Assembly (NCBI GenBank): GCA_964493145.1
Contig: CAZBMV010000001.1
Coordinates: forward strand, 169,812-233,811
DNA length: 64,000 nt
Source of the DNA: an uncultured Candidatus Saccharibacteria bacterium
GTDB lineage: Bacteria; Patescibacteriota; Minisyncoccia; Phycocordibacterales; UBA918
Direction: 5' to 3'
This document shows positions 27,718-37,435 of this stretch, in pieces. Numbering within the stretch: position 1 is the stretch's first letter; every line of letters begins with the position of its first letter. The position numbers and the translations under genes were made by a program. The notes under the pieces were generated by a model. It had not been told where the DNA came from, did not search any database, and worked only from the letters and a program-made list of their open reading frames with translations.

Positions 27718-28068
27718 ATGAGTATCACATCACAAAAAGTAGTAAAGCGAACTCGCCGTCACGCGCGCATCCGTTCCAGAGTGCACGGTACCGCAGAACG
27801 TCCACGCCTCGCTATCTATCGGAGCAACCGCTTCATCTACGCGCAACTCATCAACGACGAGACGGGAACAACGGTTGCCTCTCTTGATACGCGTAAGGTA
27901 AAGGGGGACACTGCGCTCACTCGCGCAAAGGAAGCGGGGAAACTGCTCGCGGGAGAGGCAAAGAAGAAGGGAATTACGAGCGTTGTCTTTGACCGTGGCG
28001 GTTTCCAGTACCAGGGTGCCGTCGTTGCACTTGCCGAAGGTGCACGTGAAGGAGGACTTACATTTTAG
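27718..28068 (+). CDS. rplR: 50S ribosomal protein L18
   Basis: 116 aa typical L18. Confidence 0.92.
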   Translation: MSITSQKVVKRTRRHARIRSRVHGTAERPRLAIYRSNRFIYAQLINDETGTTVASLDTRKVKGDTALTRAKEAGKLLAGEAKKKGITSVVFDRGGFQYQGAVVALAEGAREGGLTF

Positions 28069-28087
28069 TCAGCATTTATAAATATAC

Positions 28088-28741
28088 ATGAACGAAAAAA
28101 ATCAGCAGGAAGCTACAATTGAGACAGAAGTCTCTACAGAGGTAGTCGGAGAAAATACCGACACTACCGCCGATGCACCTGTCCGTGATTCTGAAGTGAC
28201 CGTGCCGAAAGGTGACGCACGTACCACATCAGCGGATGGTGGACGTGGCGGTGATGCACGAAGGAACCCACGTCGCGCACGCCGTGCCCCACGCAGAGAG
28301 GAGCGTGTCCGTTCTGAATTTGATCAGAAAATCATCAGTATCCGTCGCGTGACGCGTGTGATGGCGGGAGGCCGACGATTCAGTTTCAGCGTCGCCATCG
28401 TCATTGGGAACAGGAAAGGAAAAGTGGGCGTCGGTCTCGGAAAAGCGGGCGATACGCAACTTGCGATAGAGAAAGCGGTGCGGAGCGCACGAAAAAATTT
28501 GATTGAAATTCCACTCAATAAGCACCAGCACATTCCACACGACGTGCACACAAAACTTGCATCAAGTGAGGTCATGATTATGCCCGCACCGGGCCGCGGA
28601 CTCGTCGCCGGAAGTTCGGTGAGAACCGTACTTGAACTCGGAGGCGTGAAGGACGTGACCGCGAAGATTTTTTCACGAAGCAAAAACAAACTCAACAACG
28701 CCCGTGCGGCGATTGCGGCACTTAAGAAACTCAAAGGCTAG
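28088..28741 (+). CDS. rpsE: 30S ribosomal protein S5 (with acidic/basic N-terminal extension)
   Basis: core ..RVTRVMAGGRRFSFSVAIVIGNRKGKVGVGLGKA.. typical S5. Confidence 0.92.
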   Translation: MNEKNQQEATIETEVSTEVVGENTDTTADAPVRDSEVTVPKGDARTTSADGGRGGDARRNPRRARRAPRREERVRSEFDQKIISIRRVTRVMAGGRRFSFSVAIVIGNRKGKVGVGLGKAGDTQLAIEKAVRSARKNLIEIPLNKHQHIPHDVHTKLASSEVMIMPAPGRGLVAGSSVRTVLELGGVKDVTAKIFSRSKNKLNNARAAIAALKKLKG

Positions 28742-28873
28742 TAATTTTACAAGAATTAATGTAACGTGCAGAGTGGCATTTGAGAGTCAGTTCGTCATTT
28801 TGAGGCGCTGGGAAGCGCACAAAATGACGGCTAAGATTTTCTAAACTCACTACGTTCGTAACAAAATCTAAGC

Positions 28874-29323
28874 ATGCAACTTCATCAATTACAACCGAAT
28901 ACGATTCGCAAGACCATCAAGCGCATTGGCCGTGGTGGAAAGCGTGGGAAAACGTCCGGTAAGGGAGGAAAGGGTCAGACCGCACGCGCGGGTAATCGTC
29001 CTCGTCCGGAAATGCGTGACATTATTAAGCGCCTTCCAAAACTTCGCGGTTTCGGAAAGAATCGCGCACGTACGGTACATAGCGAGCGTGTGCTCCACAC
29101 TGTGGTGAACCTCAGTGTGATTGAAGCCACATTTGACGCGGGAGATACCGTCTCACCACAGTCGCTCCTCGCAAAAGGCGTTGTCTCGCTTTCACGAGGA
29201 AAGATGCAGCCTGTAAAGGTTCTCGGTACAGGTACTCTGACCAAAAAAATAACCCTTTCGGGTTGTACGTACTCAGGATCAGTAAAGGAAAAGATTGAAA
29301 AGGCGGGCGGACAGGTTATTTAG
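28874..29323 (+). CDS. rplO: 50S ribosomal protein L15
   Basis: 149 aa typical L15; no L30 gene fits in the 133-bp rpsE-rplO spacer. Confidence 0.92.
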   Translation: MQLHQLQPNTIRKTIKRIGRGGKRGKTSGKGGKGQTARAGNRPRPEMRDIIKRLPKLRGFGKNRARTVHSERVLHTVVNLSVIEATFDAGDTVSPQSLLAKGVVSLSRGKMQPVKVLGTGTLTKKITLSGCTYSGSVKEKIEKAGGQVI

Positions 29324-29404
29324 AAGGAACACCCGCCTCGTTGAGGCGGATGTTCCTTTGTAGTACTATTGTAAGGCTCAGTTAAAAGGCATAACTCTAA
29401 CGGA

Positions 29405-30676
29405 ATGGATACTTTTCTTCAAAAACTAAAGATTATTGCAACAGAAAAAGCGATTCGCGACCGCGTGCTCTTTGTACTCTTCGCGCTCGTCATATTCCGT
29501 GTACTCACCGCGGTACCTATTCCGGGCGTAGACATAAACGTACTCAACCAGTTCTTTTCAAATAACCAGTTCCTCGGTCTCCTCAACATCTTCTCGGGAG
29601 GTGGACTCACCAACCTCTCCATCGTGATGCTTGGCGTAGGACCATTCATTACCGCGTCCATCATCATGCAACTCATGACGGTCATGTCACCCAAACTCAA
29701 GGCGATGTACTCGGAAGAGGGAGAAACGGGTCGTGCGCGCTTTACCCAGTACTCACGTCAGCTGACGCTCCCACTCGCCATTCTTCAGGCGTTTGGTTTC
29801 CTCTCGCTCCTCAAGTCGCAGGGGGTCATCACAGGCCTCTCGCCATTTGAGTTCATGCTCAACATCATTATTGTCGTTGCGGGGTCAATGCTCCTCCTCT
29901 GGCTCGGGGAACTCGTGACCGAGTACGGCATCGGAAACGGTGTGTCCATCATCATCTTCGCGGGTATCGTCGCGACACTTCCCGCGTCACTCTCGCAACT
30001 CCTCTTCAGTTTTGACGCGTCACAGATCCCGCTCTTCGCCGGCTTTACGCTCGCGGCGATCGCCATCATTTACGGTGTCGTCGTCATGACACAGGCGGAA
30101 CGTCAGGTCCCGATTACGTACGCAAAGCAGGTGCGCGGCGGGAAGACGTACGGTGGCACGACGAGTTACCTCCCACTGCGACTCAACCAGGCCGGCGTGA
30201 TTCCAATCATTTTCGCGCTTTCTATCATCCTGTTCCCGCAGATGGTTCTCAACATTCTTGCTTCGTTTAACGTACCTCACGTAGCGCTCTGGTCTGAAAA
30301 AGTCATGGCGTTCTTCAACAATCAGGAGCTGTACGCCGTGGTGTACTTCGTCCTCGTCATTCTCTTCACATTCTTCTACACCGCAGTCACCTTTGACCCA
30401 GACGCAATGTCCAAAAATCTTCAGCGGAACGGAGCGTTCATTCCAGGTATCCGTCCGGGAGGTCATACGTCAGAGCACCTCGCAAAACTCATTACGAGGC
30501 TCACACTCGCCGGTGCCCTCTTCCTCGGTGTCATTGCCGTTTTGCCAATCGCGATGCAGATTCTCACCCACGTGACGACGCTCGCCATCGGCGGTACCGC
30601 ACTCCTCATTGCAGTGTCGGTGGTCATTGACCTCGTTCGCCGCGTTGATTCGCAGGTGTCATTACGGCAATACTAA
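29405..30676 (+). CDS. secY: preprotein translocase subunit SecY
   Basis: 423 aa, 10 TM helices, typical SecY. Confidence 0.95.
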   Translation: MDTFLQKLKIIATEKAIRDRVLFVLFALVIFRVLTAVPIPGVDINVLNQFFSNNQFLGLLNIFSGGGLTNLSIVMLGVGPFITASIIMQLMTVMSPKLKAMYSEEGETGRARFTQYSRQLTLPLAILQAFGFLSLLKSQGVITGLSPFEFMLNIIIVVAGSMLLLWLGELVTEYGIGNGVSIIIFAGIVATLPASLSQLLFSFDASQIPLFAGFTLAAIAIIYGVVVMTQAERQVPITYAKQVRGGKTYGGTTSYLPLRLNQAGVIPIIFALSIILFPQMVLNILASFNVPHVALWSEKVMAFFNNQELYAVVYFVLVILFTFFYTAVTFDPDAMSKNLQRNGAFIPGIRPGGHTSEHLAKLITRLTLAGALFLGVIAVLPIAMQILTHVTTLAIGGTALLIAVSVVIDLVRRVDSQVSLRQY

Positions 30677-30707
30677 CAAAAACTAAAATCACAAAAAAGA
30701 ACACACA

Positions 30708-30742
30708 AACCCGCGCGGCCAAAGGCCGCGCGGGTTTGTGTT
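30708..30742 (+). terminator. rho-independent terminator after secY (AAACCCGCGCGGCCaaaGGCCGCGCGGGTTT + GTGTT)
   Basis: read directly. Confidence 0.6.
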
Positions 30743-30830
30743 ATGCGGTATTTATCCACCGCACCGACTCCACCCCCCCCCGCAAGACAGGGTACACTGT
30801 ACGTATAGTTTAATCACACGAGTACATTTT

Positions 30831-31490
30831 ATGAAAAACACGCTCTTTCGCACCACGTTCGTTACCATCGCCTCATTCGTCGTGGTCATCACCGTCGTCT
30901 CCGCGTGGACTGCGCCAACTGCAGCGCCACCGAGCGGTAATGTAAGCGCCCCCGTGAACGTCAGTGGCACATCACAAGTTAAGTCGGGTGGCCTTGGCGT
31001 TGGTTCGTTCAATGTTACAGCGGGTTCGCAGTTTAACGGAACCGTGAACATTGGTTCGTTGGGTACGAGTAAACAAGTTTGTCTCAACGGCGCATGTATT
31101 ACTGCATGGCCGAATGGAGGTGGTGTCGGCGACAATCTCGGCAATCACATTGCGCTACAAAACCTCAATATGAACAATAGAGCAATTACCAATTTACCTC
31201 TTCCTGTGAATGGAGGTGATGCGACGAACAAAACGTACGTAGATGGGAGAGTTTCTAATATTTCAATAACAAACTATAATCAACTCCCCTCGGGGGCGGT
31301 TGCGGGTTACTGCGCTGAAATCGGTGGAATTAATCCGATGCCACCGCCAACGAGGGCACCAGCCACAAAGAGAAGGGGTGTTTATTGTGAATGTCCTTCG
31401 GGATGGGCACGAATAATGACAGGTCATGAAAGAGGTGGGGCGGCCGAGGATTCTTATGAACATTCTTACTATTCCTGTATTAAAAACTGA
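30831..31490 (+). CDS. N-terminally membrane-anchored/secreted hypothetical protein (Gly/Asn/Thr-rich, Cys-containing C-terminus)
   Basis: start at MKNTLFRTTFVTIASFVVVITVVSA (TM/signal); ORF track begins 93 nt earlier. Confidence 0.5.
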   Translation: MKNTLFRTTFVTIASFVVVITVVSAWTAPTAAPPSGNVSAPVNVSGTSQVKSGGLGVGSFNVTAGSQFNGTVNIGSLGTSKQVCLNGACITAWPNGGGVGDNLGNHIALQNLNMNNRAITNLPLPVNGGDATNKTYVDGRVSNISITNYNQLPSGAVAGYCAEIGGINPMPPPTRAPATKRRGVYCECPSGWARIMTGHERGGAAEDSYEHSYYSCIKN

Positions 31491-31527
31491 AGGTAAAAAA
31501 GACCGTTTAGGCCACATTAATTAATGT

Positions 31528-31851
31528 ATGTTCCCCACACTCCTCCCACTCTTCACAAAGTATCCACGCCTCGCGCCATACAGTTGCATCGCTGTCTTCA
31601 TCCTTGGTACGCTATTATGGGTTACCGTGTTTGAGAGTAATCTCCCACGATATAGTGATATACAATCAATAGAGACGAAAACATGTAATGAAGAGTGCGA
31701 ACAAATGAAACAACTCGCGCTCCTGGAGTCACTCAAAGGAGAACCCACCGCTACGAAAGAAGAAATCATTGCCACACTGGAAAGTCTTATGTCCGTAGAA
31801 AATACCCTCACAGAAGAGGAAGTTCTCGCAACGTTAGAGAAGCTCCGTTAA
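31528..31851 (+). CDS. small hypothetical membrane protein with coiled-coil tail
   Basis: 107 aa; one TM helix; no SD. Confidence 0.3.
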   Translation: MFPTLLPLFTKYPRLAPYSCIAVFILGTLLWVTVFESNLPRYSDIQSIETKTCNEECEQMKQLALLESLKGEPTATKEEIIATLESLMSVENTLTEEEVLATLEKLR

Positions 31852-31862
31852 ATTATAAACAT

Positions 31863-33203
31863 ATGAGACACATTACTCGACGTTCCGTACTTTCCACGCT
31901 CGGTGCGGTCTTTCTTGTAGCTTGGATCTTATCGCTTTTCGCGTTACATACCCCAAAAGCGGAATCAAGCCCGTCTGATAACCTCTCCGGCTTTGCATGG
32001 AGTGAGACAATCGGGTGGATTTCTATGAATTCCACAAATGATGGCTCTACGAATTCGTACGGTGTCAACGTGGCGAGTGACGGCACAATATCCGGTTATG
32101 CATGGTCGGACAACATTGGGTGGGTCAGTTTTAACGAAACGACAGGATGCCCCGCCGGAGCGTGCAGACCAAATTTCAATAAGACAACCGGTGAGGTTAC
32201 CGGCTGGGTACGTGCACTTAGCGCACCCGCAGCAGGAGCGAATGCCGGTGGGTGGGATGGTTGGATTTCACTTAGTTGCTCAAACACTGGTTCGTGCCCG
32301 ATCTCAAACTACAAGGTTTCGGTATCAGGATGTTCTTGGAGTGGTTGGGCATGGGGTTCTGATGTTGTTGGATGGGTGAACTTCGGTGGGGACGGTGGTA
32401 CGGTTATTGGTACTGGCGATGCGTGTGGCGGTCCCGCTCTCACCCTCTCCGCATCCCCAATTTCCATTAACGCTGGCAATTCCTCAACCATTCAATGGAC
32501 GGTGACCGGCACCGCAGACTCGTGCTGGGCATCGGGGGGATGGACCGGCTGGAAAACATTTTCAGGAACTGATAACGAGATTGTTTCGCCGCTCATCACC
32601 ACCACGTACAACCTTGAGTGTTGGGATTCCGGTGTCTCAAGCGGGCAGAAGAGCGTAACGGTGAACGTTGTGCCGTACGCATGCACCTCAATCCCCGCAA
32701 ACACAACGATGTGCCCGAACGACGACAGCGGACTCACGGGGAATACGGGAGCGACCCTCATCGCAACGCCCTCCTCGTGTACCATACCGACAGCGTGCGA
32801 GTACTACTGCTCAATCGGGTTCAAGAACCAAGGCAGTACGTGCATCCCCACACAGTGTAACGATGGCATAGACAATGACGGGGACACATTTACCGACGGT
32901 GGAGACCCAGGGTGCACAAGTATTGCTGACGATAATGAAACGAACGTTGTGGGAGCGCCAACCATCTCTGCGAATCCTCGGTACGTTGAGGTGGGTCAGC
33001 AAACCACACTCACGTGGGACACAAACGGCAACAGCGGGTGCACACTCACCGCGAACGACACCATCGTACCTGCCGTGGATCCAAATCTTGTCACCATGCA
33101 TAATCCATCCATCAATGCACGAACGACGTACACGCTCATATGCCCACCTTACGATCCGGCATCAGTCATGGTGGAGGTTGTTCCACGTCAATTTGAGTCG
33201 TAG
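31863..33203 (+). CDS. secreted Trp-rich repeat protein with Ig-like domains and a MopE-like putative metal-binding motif
   Basis: start MRHITRRSVLSTLGAVFLVAWILSLFA (signal/TM); three W..IGW(I/V)S(F/M)N repeats; CNDGIDNDGDTFTDGGDPGC motif; two beta-sandwich-like Cys/Trp modules. Confidence 0.55.
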   Translation: MRHITRRSVLSTLGAVFLVAWILSLFALHTPKAESSPSDNLSGFAWSETIGWISMNSTNDGSTNSYGVNVASDGTISGYAWSDNIGWVSFNETTGCPAGACRPNFNKTTGEVTGWVRALSAPAAGANAGGWDGWISLSCSNTGSCPISNYKVSVSGCSWSGWAWGSDVVGWVNFGGDGGTVIGTGDACGGPALTLSASPISINAGNSSTIQWTVTGTADSCWASGGWTGWKTFSGTDNEIVSPLITTTYNLECWDSGVSSGQKSVTVNVVPYACTSIPANTTMCPNDDSGLTGNTGATLIATPSSCTIPTACEYYCSIGFKNQGSTCIPTQCNDGIDNDGDTFTDGGDPGCTSIADDNETNVVGAPTISANPRYVEVGQQTTLTWDTNGNSGCTLTANDTIVPAVDPNLVTMHNPSINARTTYTLICPPYDPASVMVEVVPRQFES

Positions 33204-33264
33204 TTTTTTTATCTCGTACTCAAAACGTGTTCACATAATCCATTTTTCACGCAAACAGGTGTAT

Positions 33265-33891
33265 TTAATGCTTAAACGAAAAACCGAGAGGGACTCTACT
33301 TATTACTTGCTTCCAGTTCGTTGAGGTGAGCCACTTTTTGTACGTATCAAAGATGGTAAGTGCGACCGTCTGCGGGCTATGGCGAGACGTATCTATGACG
33401 AGGTCAAAGTGCTCAATGCTGTATGGATTGACTCCGTAGAGTTTTTTAAAGCGAGTGCGTTCATTTCGCATGCGCTCTTCCACCTGGTCGGCGACATCGG
33501 ACATCGCAATCCCGCCCTCACCCGCATCACTCCGAAGCGTGTTGAAATTTGCATCTTTGAATATGCGTGCGATTGCGACATCACTATCAAGATCAAGGTA
33601 CACTTTAAACGATTCCGGTATCCAGTAGAATGCGAGTCGTGAATCAATAACGATATCTTTCTCATCGCGCAAGTTGCGAAGATCCTCGTCAATCCTATGG
33701 TCTACATCCGGATGTGTTTCCGCCCACGCATTGAATTCTTCAAGGGACATTTTTTTCTTACGGATGAGTGTCCGCACCGATTCACCGGATGAGTACCGTG
33801 TGTACCCGAGCATTTCCGCCACGCGGTCAGCGGTTGATGATTTCCCGCTCCCCGGCTTCCCTGTAAGCGTGATAATGTGCGGTCGTTTCAT
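33265..33891 (-). CDS. P-loop NMP kinase, archaeal-type cytidylate-kinase-like (paralog 1)
   Basis: HIITLTGKPGSGKSSTADRVAEMLGY.. Walker A immediately after start, ~208 aa. Confidence 0.6.
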   Translation of the reverse strand: MKRPHIITLTGKPGSGKSSTADRVAEMLGYTRYSSGESVRTLIRKKKMSLEEFNAWAETHPDVDHRIDEDLRNLRDEKDIVIDSRLAFYWIPESFKVYLDLDSDVAIARIFKDANFNTLRSDAGEGGIAMSDVADQVEERMRNERTRFKKLYGVNPYSIEHFDLVIDTSRHSPQTVALTIFDTYKKWLTSTNWKQVISRVPLGFSFKH

Positions 33892-34008
33892 GCATTCAAG
33901 TGTACCACAGAGAGAGGGGTGCACAGAACTACTGGTTCGTCGCAGAATGCCTCGGGGCCCTGCCCCGAGGATGAATGCGACATGAAAACGTATCGTCGGC
34001 GGATGTTT

Positions 34009-34596
34009 TTACTCCTCAAGCCACGCCATATACGCGGCATAAATTGCTCCGGTTACCTCGTCGGGGGTTTTCCCATCCGTGTCAATCGTGAGCGTGTAGC
34101 GTGTTTCGTCGTAGGGGTTTACATCATAGAGGCGCGTGTACCGTTCAATGTGGTTCTGGACTCGCTTTCGTGTTTTTGAAAACGCTTCCTCAAGTGTTGC
34201 CATTGTTTCGCCGCTTCTCGCACGTGTTGGTGAGTTCGTATCGTTGAAGATACGTTCCGCTGAACGTTCGGGTGTGATGAGGAGGTAGACTGAAAATCCG
34301 CTCGGGACAAAATGGAATGCGAGGTGGGAATCAACGATGTAGTTGTCCTCCTCTGCCTCAATGCGTTCAAGTTGCTCGTCAATGAGGCGGTCAAGAGATG
34401 CGTCACGCGCGATGAGTTCATTGAATTCCTCCAGCGTGAAATTCCGCTCATGCGCCATTTGGCGTACGAAATCACCGGTGGAAAATGTTTTGTACCCTAA
34501 CGTGTCGGCGAGGAGGCGCTTGACGGTTGATTTGCCGCTTCCGGGGAGACCCCCGAGCGTAATAATGTGCTTTTTGAGATGTGTGTGTGCGTGCAT
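34009..34596 (-). CDS. P-loop NMP kinase, archaeal-type cytidylate-kinase-like (paralog 2)
   Basis: HIITLGGLPGSGKSTVKRLLADTLGY..; paralogous to 33265..33891. Confidence 0.6.
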   Translation of the reverse strand: MHAHTHLKKHIITLGGLPGSGKSTVKRLLADTLGYKTFSTGDFVRQMAHERNFTLEEFNELIARDASLDRLIDEQLERIEAEEDNYIVDSHLAFHFVPSGFSVYLLITPERSAERIFNDTNSPTRARSGETMATLEEAFSKTRKRVQNHIERYTRLYDVNPYDETRYTLTIDTDGKTPDEVTGAIYAAYMAWLEE

Positions 34597-34699
34597 GCAG
34601 GGTACAATACCACAATTTTTTCGGAGAAAAAATTGTGGTGTAAACCGAATCACAGTCATGGTACTATGGACACATTACTCAGAAGGAGAAACAACAAAA

Positions 34700-35296
34700 A
34701 TGCAACCATTCACCATACTCTTCATTGGCCCTCAGGGGAGCGGAAAGGGGACCCAAATAGAACTTCTCACGAAACTTTTTCGTGATGCAGACCCTTCTCG
34801 CAGGGTGATTGATGTTCAGACCGGTCGCCGTTTTCGCGCATTGGCGACAAAGGGTGAGGGGTTCACCGAACGCAAGGTTGGTGAGACCGTTGATTCGGGG
34901 ATTCTCCAACCTCTCTTTCTCTCCGTGCTACTCTGGGGGGATGCGTTTCGTGAGCATGCCGACCCCGATTGCCACATACTCATAGACGGGTTTCCCCGCA
35001 CGAGAGCAGAAGCGGATGTCTTTGAAAGCGCGCTCTCCTTTTATAAACGTGACCACCTCGTTGTTATCAATTTGGAGGCGAGCGAAGACATTGTCCGCGA
35101 GCGCATGAAGAAACGTGCACGTTCCGACGACACCGATGCGTCAATTGAAGCACGGCTCGCGTGGTACCGAGAAGAGACTATCCCCGTACTCGCCTACTAC
35201 AGAAATCGGCCACATACAACGGTTGTTGACTGCGATGGCACCGCCTCAATCTCGGAGGTGTTTGAGCATGTAAAGGGCGCACTCGGACTTGCGTGA
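34700..35296 (+). CDS. adk: adenylate kinase
   Basis: MQPFTILFIGPQGSGKGTQ.. with AGAAGGAGA SD; the longer ORF-track reading (from 34343) is antisense overlap with the kinase paralog. Confidence 0.88.
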   Translation: MQPFTILFIGPQGSGKGTQIELLTKLFRDADPSRRVIDVQTGRRFRALATKGEGFTERKVGETVDSGILQPLFLSVLLWGDAFREHADPDCHILIDGFPRTRAEADVFESALSFYKRDHLVVINLEASEDIVRERMKKRARSDDTDASIEARLAWYREETIPVLAYYRNRPHTTVVDCDGTASISEVFEHVKGALGLA

Positions 35297-35375
35297 ACAG
35301 CGCGGGTACGTATTTTTTGTTTTAGTATCCAGCAGTACACTCCGATCTCAGTATTACCATTTTAAATTTCTACGT

Positions 35376-36149
35376 ATGGCACTCATCAAGACCGAAAAAG
35401 AAATAGAATTGCTGCACACGGGAGGGAAAATTCTTGCGCGAATCCTCCGCGAGCTTTCTGCGTACGTGAAGCCGGGGGTGACGACTGAGGATATCAATGA
35501 TTACGCGATAAAACTCACCGAAGAGTACGGTGTTGAGCCGGTTCTCTTAGGGTACCACCCCGAATTCGCACCACACCCGTACCCCGCGGCGCTCTGTACC
35601 TCGGTGAATAATACAGTACAGCACGGTATACCTCGTGAGGATGAAGTGCTCAAAGAGGGGGACATTATCAATCTGGATATGACGATTGGGTACAGGGGGA
35701 TGATTGTTGACTCGGGCGTGACAATCCCCGTGGGAAAGATTGATGAACGTTCACAAAAGCTCATAAACGTGACCAAGGAAGCACTCGCAATAGGCGTAAA
35801 GCAAGCGAAGGCGGGAAACCACATTGGCGATATTGGCCACGCGATTGAGACGTTTGTGAAATCACGTGGATTCAGTGTCGTGGAAGCACTCTGCGGTCAT
35901 GGCGTAGGGCACGCGGTGCACGAAGAACCGCAAATTCCGAATTTCGGTCGTGCCGGCACCGGACCGCGGATTGAGATTGGCAACGTGTTCGCCATTGAGC
36001 CTATTGTGAATGCGGGTAAAAAGGACGTTACCTTTGATGACGAGGGAGACGGGTACAGTGTCTACACAAAAGATGGTTCACGGAGCGCACACTTTGAACA
36101 CACGGTCGTCGTCACGAAGAGCGGCCCCGTGGTCGTGACGAAGGAGTAG
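35376..36149 (+). CDS. map: type I methionine aminopeptidase
   Basis: MALIKTEKEIELLHTGGKILARIL.. typical MAP1; metal ligands D..D..H..E..E present. Confidence 0.9.
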   Translation: MALIKTEKEIELLHTGGKILARILRELSAYVKPGVTTEDINDYAIKLTEEYGVEPVLLGYHPEFAPHPYPAALCTSVNNTVQHGIPREDEVLKEGDIINLDMTIGYRGMIVDSGVTIPVGKIDERSQKLINVTKEALAIGVKQAKAGNHIGDIGHAIETFVKSRGFSVVEALCGHGVGHAVHEEPQIPNFGRAGTGPRIEIGNVFAIEPIVNAGKKDVTFDDEGDGYSVYTKDGSRSAHFEHTVVVTKSGPVVVTKE

Positions 36150-36236
36150 GACTGCGCGGTATTCACTTGAATTACAGCCGTAGTACGGTATACTCACCGG
36201 ATATTTTTATCAAATTCATACGTACCCACGTTTTCT

Positions 36237-36842
36237 ATGGAAAGAAAGCCACATCAAGAACGAACATTCATTATTCTGAAGCCCGACACCGTTCAGCGTT
36301 CACTCATCGGTGAAGTTATAGGCAGGTTTGAGCGTACGGGGCTCAAGTTCACGGCAATAAAGATGTTTGTGCCAACTCGTGAGCAACTTTTGACGCACTA
36401 CAACAAGAATGAAGAATGGTTCTTGAAGAAGGGGAGCCGCATCATTGAGGATTTGAAGTCGCAGGGGCTTCCTGTTGAGAAGGATGCGATGGCGTACGGG
36501 CGTGCAATCATTGACACGATTGTGGACTACATGACCGCCGCACCCGTCGTCGGTATGATCCTTGAGGGAAATCAGGCGGTTGCCGTGGTCACGAAACTCG
36601 TCGGGACGACAGAGCCGTCAACATCCGATGTGGGAACCATTCGCGGTGATTTTACCGTTGACTCGTACTCGCACTCTTCGTATGAAAATAGGGCGGTACG
36701 TAACCTCATTCACTGTTCAGAGTCACCGGAAGAAGCGGAACGCGAAATCAAGGTGTGGTTCACCGATGAAGAAATCATGAAGTACGTCACCGCACAGGAA
36801 CGGATTATGTATGACGTCAATTTTGACGGCCAAAACGAATAA
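36237..36842 (+). CDS. ndk: nucleoside diphosphate kinase (with ~27-aa internal insertion and C-terminal extension)
   Basis: ERTFIILKPDTVQRSLIGEVIGRFERTGLKFTAIKM..NLIHCSES (catalytic His) typical NDK. Confidence 0.85.
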   Translation: MERKPHQERTFIILKPDTVQRSLIGEVIGRFERTGLKFTAIKMFVPTREQLLTHYNKNEEWFLKKGSRIIEDLKSQGLPVEKDAMAYGRAIIDTIVDYMTAAPVVGMILEGNQAVAVVTKLVGTTEPSTSDVGTIRGDFTVDSYSHSSYENRAVRNLIHCSESPEEAEREIKVWFTDEEIMKYVTAQERIMYDVNFDGQNE

Positions 36843-37157
36843 AACATCACAAAATAAGCAATCTGCGTTCACTTTCACTCCTCTACGCTGCACATCTGCA
36901 ATTTCGTAGCGTTCTTATGTGAAGGAGAAGAGAGTTGTACACAGAGGATAGAATGCGCGCACCTGTAGGGTGCGCGCATTCTGTTATACTTGAATATGGA
37001 GCCACGGTTACGCATGTTCTTGCTTATTCAAGATCAAGGGATGCTTGTAGTCACGGGTACAGATGAGAACTCGACGCGACGAGATTTCAGAAGTGCCTGG
37101 AAAGAGCGCCCACCTGAATTTTATTCAGGATACATGCCCCGTTGCTCCCTAAAGGAA

Positions 37158-37188
37158 CGCACCTCGTGTGCGTTTTTTTTAGACATGA
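37158..37188 (+). terminator. strong rho-independent terminator (ACGCACctcgtGTGCGT + TTTTTTT); second of three consecutive plus-strand terminators (36953..36984, 37158..37188, 37205..37235)
   Basis: read directly. Confidence 0.6.
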
Positions 37189-37435
37189 TTCTTGATAATA
37201 CCAAAACCGTCGCCTGTTTGAGCGACGGTTTTATGATTTCGGCCCCCGAAAAGTTTCTTTAGCCCCCGTATATTGAATACGTCTCACATTTCCTCACACG
37301 TGCTCCTCGTCTCTGAGGCTCCAGGACCCGCTCTCACAATGCGGTGCTGAGTGAGATGTGTAGATCAACAATCCGTGACGAGAAAGGATTGTTGTTCCTA
37401 ACGAGAGAGAATTACGGTGTGCTACCATAGAACGT

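Noticed and set aside
31695-31862. 5' extension of the Trp-repeat secreted protein ORF
   Set aside because: Arg/His-rich out-of-context translation overlapping the small upstream gene; signal peptide begins at MRHITRRSVL (31863).
34343-34699. 5' extension of the adk ORF
   Set aside because: Overlaps the minus-strand kinase paralog antisense; true adk start has a strong SD and the canonical MQPFTILFIGPQGSGKGT N-terminus.
36990-37262. 90-aa plus-strand ORF after ndk
   Set aside because: Spans two strong intrinsic terminators; no SD; region better explained as non-coding or sRNA.
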